From Candidatus Fervidifonticultor sextus (GTDB lineage: Bacteria > Sysuimicrobiota > Sysuimicrobiia > Sysuimicrobiales > Humicultoraceae), in NCBI GenBank assembly GCA_031459875.1, contig JAVKHQ010000011.1, forward strand, positions 1 to 64,000: 64,000 nt of DNA, in the 5' to 3' direction. The position numbers and the translations under genes are program-made. A model generated the notes under the pieces. The model did no database searches, had not been told where the DNA came from, and was given only the letters and a program-made list of their open reading frames with translations. This document shows positions 57,840 to 64,000 of this stretch, piece by piece. Position 1 is the first letter of the stretch. The number at the start of each line of letters is the position of its first letter.

Positions 57840-58964
57840 GTGGGGTTTGGAGAACCGACGACCGGCGCCGGCGGCGAACCGCCCGACCTGGCGGAGCGCC
57901 TGGAGCAGGCCCGGCAGATCGTCACGACCCTCATCCCGGGGGCCGTTGCGGATGAGGGCACCCACCCGGCGATCTGGGTGCCTTCGGCGGACGGACTGCG
58001 GGAGCGGTTTCTAGAACTCCAGCGCCGGCTGGGGCCGCTGGGGTTGCTGCCTCTGCTGCGGATGCGGGACGGTCGCCCTGCAATGCTCCTGGTGCCCAAG
58101 CCGCCCCCGGGCCGGTGGGCCTGGCAGACGAACCTTCTGCTGTTCCTGGCGACGGTCGGAACGACGTTTGCGGCCGGCTACCTCCAGTCGCAGGGGCTGG
58201 TGCAGTTGGGCTTCATGGATAGCCCGGTCACCGGTGGCCTGGCCTTCTCCCTGTCGCTGCTATTCATCCTCGGGGCGCACGAGATGGGGCACAAATTCGT
58301 CGCCGTCCGGCGGGGGATCGATGCCAGCCTGCCGTACTTCATCCCCATCCCCCCGGTGCCGCCATTCGTGATTGGCACCATGGGAGCCGTCATCGTCACC
58401 AGGACCCCTTCGCCCAACCGCGACAGCCTGATGGAGCTGGGCGCCTCGGGTCCCATTGCCGGCTTCCTCGCCGCGATTCCGGTGCTGATCTACGGGGTGA
58501 TGCACTCGTTCCCGATCCAGCCCGGGCAGGTGGAGGGCGTCGTGGTGTTTCCAGACCCGCTGCTGGTCCGGTGGCTCGTCCGCTGGTTGCGCGACCTCCC
58601 GCCGGGCACCGACCTCCTCATGCACCCGGTCATGTTCGCAGGCTGGATCGGCCTGCTGGTGACCAGTCTCAACCTCCTCCCCTCAGGCATGCTCGATGGC
58701 GGCCACGCGGTCCGCGCCGCGGCCGGCGCCCGCTGGCACCAGGGCATCTCGGTCGCGGGCGTCATGATCGCCGTGGTGATCGGCGCCTGGTTGATGGCGA
58801 TCCTCATGCTCCTGCTCCTGCGCCGGGGACACGTGGGCCCCCTCGACGACCTCACGCCGCTCAGCCCGTCGCATCGGCTGATGGGGCTGGCGCTGGCGGC
58901 CATCTTCGCCCTGAGCGTCTCCGCCCTGTTCCCGCTCACGTCGATCCCGGACCTGTTCCGGTAG
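57840..58964 (+). CDS. Site-2 protease (peptidase M50 family)
   Basis: AHEMGH, SGPIAGF, LNLLPSGMLDGGH. Confidence 0.92.
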   Translation: MGFGEPTTGAGGEPPDLAERLEQARQIVTTLIPGAVADEGTHPAIWVPSADGLRERFLELQRRLGPLGLLPLLRMRDGRPAMLLVPKPPPGRWAWQTNLLLFLATVGTTFAAGYLQSQGLVQLGFMDSPVTGGLAFSLSLLFILGAHEMGHKFVAVRRGIDASLPYFIPIPPVPPFVIGTMGAVIVTRTPSPNRDSLMELGASGPIAGFLAAIPVLIYGVMHSFPIQPGQVEGVVVFPDPLLVRWLVRWLRDLPPGTDLLMHPVMFAGWIGLLVTSLNLLPSGMLDGGHAVRAAAGARWHQGISVAGVMIAVVIGAWLMAILMLLLLRRGHVGPLDDLTPLSPSHRLMGLALAAIFALSVSALFPLTSIPDLFR

Positions 58965-58972
58965 CCCCGGCC

Positions 58973-60181
58973 GTGGCGGCCTCTATTGCACACCGGCGGG
59001 TCGGCCTTCGACGGTGGCGGCGCATCGTGCTTGCGGTGTTCCGCAAGGAGATGGTCGAGACGCTGCGCGACCGGCGCACGCTCCTGGCGGCTGTGGTGCT
59101 GCCTGCGCTGACGATGCCGCTCGTCGTGCTCGCCGTCCCCCTCCTGATTGACCGGCAGCAGCGGGCCCTCCGGGATCAGCCGGTCCGCGTGGCGGTGGCG
59201 GGCGGTGAGATCCCGGAACTGGTCGAGGCCGGGGTGCGCGACGGGATCTTCGCGCCTGTGGCTGCGGCGGCCCCCGTGCAGGCCCTGCAGCGCGCCGAGG
59301 TGGACGCGGTCCTGGCCCCGCAGCCGGCGGTCCCCGGCCAGCCGCATCTGGTCGCCGTGCTCTACGATGGAACCCGCCCGGCCTCGCGCGCGGCCATCGA
59401 GAAGATCACGCGGGTCGCGGCCGCTCTCGCCCAGCGCGACCTGGAGGCCGCCCTGCGCGCGGGCGGCGCATCCGCTGGTCCCGTGATCCGAATCCTGGTG
59501 GATCCCCAAGACGTCGCCCCCGCAACCCGCACCGGGGGCGCGCTGCTGGCCACGGCGCTCCCCTTCTTCCTCGCCGTCTGGTTGCTGCTTGGCGGCCAGT
59601 ATGCGGCGCTGGACGTGGGGATCGGCGAACGGGAGCGTGGGACCTTCGAGGGACTCCTGGCCGCCCCCCCGAGCCGCTCGGCGCTGGTGGCCGGCAAGTT
59701 CCTGGCGGTGCTGGCTCCGGCGCTGCTGGCACTCCTGGTCATGCTGGCGAGCGCCATGCTGGCGATCCGGCTGGGCGGCCGGTCGCTCGTCCCCGGGGCG
59801 GTGAGGGTCGGTCTCCCCCTCGCATCGATCCCCTGGCTCCTGCTCGCCGGCACGGCCCTGGGCGGCTTTCTGTCAGCCGCCCAACTGGCCCTGAGCCTGG
59901 CTGCCAGGACCCTGCGGGAGGCCCAGCAGGCTTTTACCGCCCTCTACCTGCTGGTGGCGGTCCCGGTGATCCTGGAGCCCCTCCTGGCCGGGAGCCTGGA
60001 CGCGCCCCAAACGGCCCTGGTGCCGGTGCTCAACGCGGTCTGGACGATCAGGCGGGTGCTGCTGGCCGAGAGCCAGCCCTGGGAGGCGGCCCTCACGGCG
60101 GCCTCGCTGGCCGCCGCCACGCTCGTGGTGCTCGTCGGGGCGATCCGCGCCCTGGAGGCGGAGATCCGCCGGATTCGCTGA
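58973..60181 (+). CDS. ABC-2 type permease (NatB-like)
   Basis: VFRKEMVETLRDRRTL, GERERGTFEGLL..PPSR...GKF; start uncertain; no cognate ATPase adjacent. Confidence 0.85.
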   Translation: MAASIAHRRVGLRRWRRIVLAVFRKEMVETLRDRRTLLAAVVLPALTMPLVVLAVPLLIDRQQRALRDQPVRVAVAGGEIPELVEAGVRDGIFAPVAAAAPVQALQRAEVDAVLAPQPAVPGQPHLVAVLYDGTRPASRAAIEKITRVAAALAQRDLEAALRAGGASAGPVIRILVDPQDVAPATRTGGALLATALPFFLAVWLLLGGQYAALDVGIGERERGTFEGLLAAPPSRSALVAGKFLAVLAPALLALLVMLASAMLAIRLGGRSLVPGAVRVGLPLASIPWLLLAGTALGGFLSAAQLALSLAARTLREAQQAFTALYLLVAVPVILEPLLAGSLDAPQTALVPVLNAVWTIRRVLLAESQPWEAALTAASLAAATLVVLVGAIRALEAEIRRIR

Positions 60182-60252
60182 TCCGGACTCGCCCGGCCGA
60201 GAAAATCGGCGTCCTGCCGGCCCGCTGCGGGCCCCATCCGGCAGGGGAGCCG

Positions 60253-60305
60253 TTGACATACCACATCTTGGGCCCTAGACTTATCGTTGCCTCAACGGCT
60301 GGGGT
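60253..60305 (+). promoter_or_regulatory. nrdR-nrdJ promoter with tandem NrdR boxes
   Basis: TTGACA-17 nt-TAGACT; box core CCACATCTTG in the spacer, weaker core CAACGGCTGG 32 bp downstream. Confidence 0.85.
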
Positions 60306-60311
60306 CTGCCG

Positions 60312-60833
60312 ATGCGATGCCCCGTATGCGGCCACGAAGAGAGCAAGGTCTTAGACTCCCGACCGGTCCTTGACGGACGGGCCATCCGGCGCCGCCGCGA
60401 GTGTCTGGGTTGCGAGCGGCGCTTCACCACCTACGAGCGCCCCGACCTGGCGCCGGTGATGGTGGTCAAGCGCGACGGCCGGCGCGAGCCCTTCGACCGG
60501 GCCAAAGTCCTGGCCGGAGTGACCCGAGCCTGCGGCAAGCGTCCCCTCTCGATGGAAAGCCTCGACGCCCTCGTGGACGAGGTGGAACGAGAGATCCGCC
60601 AGCTCGGCGCCCAGGAAGTCCCCTCGGCCACCATCGGCGAGCTCGTCATGGATCGCCTCCGACGGCTTGACGACGTGGCCTATGTCCGCTTTGCCTCCGA
60701 ACACCGGCGGTTTCGCGACATCGATTCGATCGCGGAAGAGATCGAGACCCTCAAGGAGCGCAAGCGCCGGGAAGACGCGCTCCGCGACCAGGTCCCCCTG
60801 ATCACGCTGCCCGACCCGCATCGCGCACGGTAA
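60312..60833 (+). CDS. nrdR: Transcriptional repressor NrdR
   Basis: MRCPVCG...KVLDSR...[19 protein letters not shown] cone [21 protein letters not shown]. Confidence 0.98.
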   Translation: MRCPVCGHEESKVLDSRPVLDGRAIRRRRECLGCERRFTTYERPDLAPVMVVKRDGRREPFDRAKVLAGVTRACGKRPLSMESLDALVDEVEREIRQLGAQEVPSATIGELVMDRLRRLDDVAYVRFASEHRRFRDIDSIAEEIETLKERKRREDALRDQVPLITLPDPHRAR

Positions 60834-60849
60834 CCACAGACGCCTGGAG

Positions 60850-63378
60850 GTGACCCGGATGGAAGGCGCATCGTCCTTTTCGACTCCACCCCCGGCCCCG
60901 CGCCAGACCGCGGCGGGGCCCGCCGTCGCACCAGACCTGCCTGCGGAGACGCTCGCCGCCTTCGGCGGGGACGAGTTGCGCGCCCGCGTCTTCCACGACA
61001 AGTACGCCCTGCGGGACCGTGACGGGACCGTCGTGGAGCGGACGCCCGACCAGATGTGGCGCCGCATCGCCCGGGAACTGGCGTCGGTGGAAGCCACCCC
61101 GGAGATGCGCCGGCAGTGGCAGGAGCGGTTCTACTGGCTGCTGGAGGACTTCCGGTTCATCCCGGGCGGGCGGATCATGCATGCCGCCGGCAACCCGCGC
61201 CGGGTCACGGCGCTGAACTGCTATGTCGTGCCCGTCAAGGAGGATTCCATCGAAGCCATCTTCGAGTGGATGAAGGAGGCCGCGCGCACCTATTCGTTTG
61301 GCGGCGGCGTGGGGACGGACATCTCCGTGCTGCGGCCCCGCGGGGCGCCGGTGAACAACGCGGCCCGCAGTAGCACCGGCTCGGTGTCCTTCATGGAGCT
61401 CTTCTCGCTCACCACGGGTACCATCGGCCAGTCGGGCCGCCGGGGGGCGCTGATGATCACCATCGCCGACGACCACCCCGACCTCCTGGACTTCGTCAGG
61501 GTGAAGCGCAACCTCAACAAGGTTCGCTACGCCAACATTAGCGTCCGCGTCTCTGACGCCTTCATGCGGGCCGTGGAGGAGGACGGCACCTGGGACCTGG
61601 TGTTTGAGAACGAGCGGGCCACGGTGCGCCGCACGCTGCGGGCGCGTGAGGTCTGGCGCGAGTTGATCAACGGCGCCCGCGACTACGCCGAGCCCGGTGT
61701 CATCTTCTGGGACACCGTCAAGCGGTGGTCCACCTCCGAGTACAACGGGATGGGCGTCATCACCACCAACCCCTGCTCGGAGATCCCGCTGGAGGCCTAT
61801 GGATGTTGCTGCCTCGGCAACCTCTGCCTCCCGCGATTCGTGCGCGATGAGTTCACCAGCCAGGCACGCGTGGAGTGGGAGTCCCTGGAGCGCGCGCTGC
61901 GGTATGCGACGCGCTTTCTGGACAACGTGCTGGACTACAACGCCGATCGGCATCCCCTGCCCGAGCAGCGGCAGGCCAGCCTGTACTCGCGCCGGATCGG
62001 GGTGGGCTTTACCGGATTGGGGGATCTGCTCATCATGCTCGGGCTGCGCTACGACAGCGAGCAGGCCATCGCCTTCGTCGACGGACTCTTCGACCGGATC
62101 AAGAACATCGTCTACGATGAGAGCGTCAACCTGGCCATCGAGAAGGGGACCTTCCCCGGCTACGACCGCCGGGCCCACCTGGCCTCGCCGTTCATCCAGA
62201 CCCTGGCCCCCCGGGTCAGGGAGCGCATCGAGCAGCACGGGCTGCGCAACGTGGCGCTGCTGACGGTGCCGCCGGTGGGCAGCGGCGCGGCGCTGGCCGG
62301 GGTGACCAGCGGCATCGAGCCGATCTTCGACCTCTCGTACATCCGGCGGTCGGAGTCGCTGTCGCAGGAGGTCTTCACCGTCTACCATCCGCTCGTCCGC
62401 GAGTACATGGTGCGCTTCGGGGTGGAGCGCCAGGAGGATCTGCCGGCCTATTTCGTGACGGCCCACCAGATCCGGCCCGAGATGCGGGTGAAGATGCAGG
62501 CGACCATCCAGCGCCATATCGATCACTCGATCTCGTCCACCGTGAATCTGGCGCACGATGTGGCGTCCGAGGAGGTGGAGCGGATCTACTTCCTGGCCTG
62601 GAAACTCGGCGCCAAGGGCATCACCGTCTACCGCGAGGGCAGCCGGGAAGGCATCCTCATCACCGAGGCGCAGGCCAAGGGCCAGGCCGGGCCGCCCCCG
62701 GCCGCCGCGGCGCCGGCTGCGCCCCAGCGGACGACGCCCCGCCCCCGGCCCAAGGTCACCACCGGTCGGACCGAGCGCATCGAGACCCCACGCGGCCGCG
62801 TCTACGTGGTCATCAACGAGGACGAGATGGGCCTCTGCGAGGTCTTCGTCCACTCGCTGGACGTGGAGGCCGAGGCCATCGGCCGTATGGCGTCGCTGGC
62901 CCTGCGGGGCGGGATCGACGCGCGCGACGTCATCGAGCAACTCTGGCGCGTGCAGAGCAAGGAGGTCGCCTTCGACCGGTCGGCGGACGGCACCGTAGTG
63001 CGCGTCTCGACCATCGCGCAGGCGGTGGCGCTGGCGCTGGGGCGTGCGCTCTATGGCGATTCGTTCCGGCCCGACAAGGCCTTCCCGCGGGCGGACGCGC
63101 TCCCGGAGCCCGGTCCCCGGGCCCGGCAGGAGGTGCTGCGGTTCGGCCCGGCCCCGCACCCCTCGGATCCGGTGGGGGCGGCGGGAGGGATGGCCGGTCA
63201 GGAGCCGGCGCTGCTGCCGGTCGCCGGGGGCAACGGCGTCCCGGAGGACGGGAACGGCTGGACGCCGGAGGCGGCCATCGGGCTGGAGTTCATCGGCATC
63301 TGCCCGGACTGCGGGGGCTCGTTGGTGCACGAGAACGGGTGCGCTACCTGCCGGCAGTGCGGGTATTCCCGCTGCTAG
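60850..63378 (+). CDS. nrdJ: Class II (adenosylcobalamin-dependent) ribonucleotide reductase
   Basis: LNCYV, GGGVG, RRGALM, TNPCSEIPL, RRIGVG, TSGIEP, KGITVYREGSR; C-terminal CPDC...CATCRQCGYSRC; no small subunit adjacent. Confidence 0.93.
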   Translation: MTRMEGASSFSTPPPAPRQTAAGPAVAPDLPAETLAAFGGDELRARVFHDKYALRDRDGTVVERTPDQMWRRIARELASVEATPEMRRQWQERFYWLLEDFRFIPGGRIMHAAGNPRRVTALNCYVVPVKEDSIEAIFEWMKEAARTYSFGGGVGTDISVLRPRGAPVNNAARSSTGSVSFMELFSLTTGTIGQSGRRGALMITIADDHPDLLDFVRVKRNLNKVRYANISVRVSDAFMRAVEEDGTWDLVFENERATVRRTLRAREVWRELINGARDYAEPGVIFWDTVKRWSTSEYNGMGVITTNPCSEIPLEAYGCCCLGNLCLPRFVRDEFTSQARVEWESLERALRYATRFLDNVLDYNADRHPLPEQRQASLYSRRIGVGFTGLGDLLIMLGLRYDSEQAIAFVDGLFDRIKNIVYDESVNLAIEKGTFPGYDRRAHLASPFIQTLAPRVRERIEQHGLRNVALLTVPPVGSGAALAGVTSGIEPIFDLSYIRRSESLSQEVFTVYHPLVREYMVRFGVERQEDLPAYFVTAHQIRPEMRVKMQATIQRHIDHSISSTVNLAHDVASEEVERIYFLAWKLGAKGITVYREGSREGILITEAQAKGQAGPPPAAAAPAAPQRTTPRPRPKVTTGRTERIETPRGRVYVVINEDEMGLCEVFVHSLDVEAEAIGRMASLALRGGIDARDVIEQLWRVQSKEVAFDRSADGTVVRVSTIAQAVALALGRALYGDSFRPDKAFPRADALPEPGPRARQEVLRFGPAPHPSDPVGAAGGMAGQEPALLPVAGGNGVPEDGNGWTPEAAIGLEFIGICPDCGGSLVHENGCATCRQCGYSRC

Positions 63379-63474
63379 AGGCGGCGCCGACCAAGGACTC
63401 TGGACCCCGGCGTAGAATTTCCCGGTCTAACGCGCGGCTGGCCTTGGCCGCGCGTGCAAAGGGGGTTGTCTGTC

Positions 63475-63999
63475 ATGACGTGGCGGATCGGACTCGGCAT
63501 GGTGCTTGTACTGCTCGCGGCTCTGGCTCCGGCGGGGGCGCAACCCACCCAACCGGCGGGACCGGCCAACTACATCATCGTGCCCGGACACGCGGTCGGC
63601 GACATCCAGCTGGGGATGACCCAGCAGCAGGTGCTCAACCGGCTGGGCATGCCCGATGAGATCTCCAACGACCGGAGCAGCGACGGGGGCCTGAACGTCT
63701 ACTGGATCTACCCGCAGACCGAGCGCACGGTCCTCGTGGTCTCGTGGACGAAGCGGCAGGGGGCCGCCGGCGGCGTGGACTTCATCTTCACCGACGCGCC
63801 CAACTACGTGACCAGCCGCGGCGTGGCCATGGGGAACTCGTCCTTCCGGGATATCCTGCAACACTACGGTGCCCCGGAGCGGCTGGCCGGCGCCGGACGC
63901 GGCTCGGTGATGCTCTACTACGAGTCGATCGGGATCCGATTCCGCGTCGAAGGGGAAGGCGGCCGGGTGACGGCGATCACGGTGGTCCCGCGCAAGTAG
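63475..63999 (+). CDS. Exported hypothetical protein
   Basis: Signal peptide (…LAALAPAGA-Q); IVPGHAVGDIQLGMT..QV...LGMP pattern. Confidence 0.7.
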   Translation: MTWRIGLGMVLVLLAALAPAGAQPTQPAGPANYIIVPGHAVGDIQLGMTQQQVLNRLGMPDEISNDRSSDGGLNVYWIYPQTERTVLVVSWTKRQGAAGGVDFIFTDAPNYVTSRGVAMGNSSFRDILQHYGAPERLAGAGRGSVMLYYESIGIRFRVEGEGGRVTAITVVPRK

Positions 64000-64000
64000 C

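Noticed and set aside
60850..63378. Intein or intron in nrdJ
   Set aside because: The reading frame is continuous with motifs at expected spacing; the Pro/Ala-rich stretches look like linkers and no splicing motifs are visible.
1..64000. CRISPR array, rRNA, transposase or prophage genes
   Set aside because: No regularly spaced repeats, rRNA signatures or mobile-element proteins were seen.

Overview
High-GC bacterial chromosomal window, mostly housekeeping genes. The gene set (ReoM/IreB, ECF module after rplQ, zinc-type S4/S14/L36, DAP-type MurE) suggests a Terrabacteria-group organism; this is inference only. Layout: (1) 1-18972, the 3' end of fusA directly followed by the S10-spc-alpha ribosomal superoperon (no tuf, no rpmD), ecfA1-ecfA2-ecfT and truA; (2) 18982-33081, tRNA(CAT), ireB/reoM-murA, a REC-GGDEF-HD-GYP protein, deoC plus a double-domain aldehyde dehydrogenase, a Phd-PIN toxin-antitoxin pair, tRNA-Val, a protein with a basic tail, zinc-ribbon protein-RNase HI-rnpB, NamZ-like hydrolase and an MFS transporter; (3) about 33085-39580, a lower-GC island holding a highly structured ~230-nt segment with a 23-codon ORF, two membrane-anchored HD-GYP proteins (one degenerate, one canonical) and a large BTAD-ATPase-TPR regulator; (4) 40683-57822, the dcw cluster from mraZ to ftsZ; (5) site-2 protease, ABC-2 permease, nrdR-nrdJ and an exported protein. 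Best leads: the low-GC peptide/RNA + paired HD-GYP + SARP-type module, tandem NrdR-box-like sites with 32-bp spacing before ftsA and mraZ as well as nrdR, and reoM directly upstream of murA. All family assignments come from motif recognition by eye, with no database searches.
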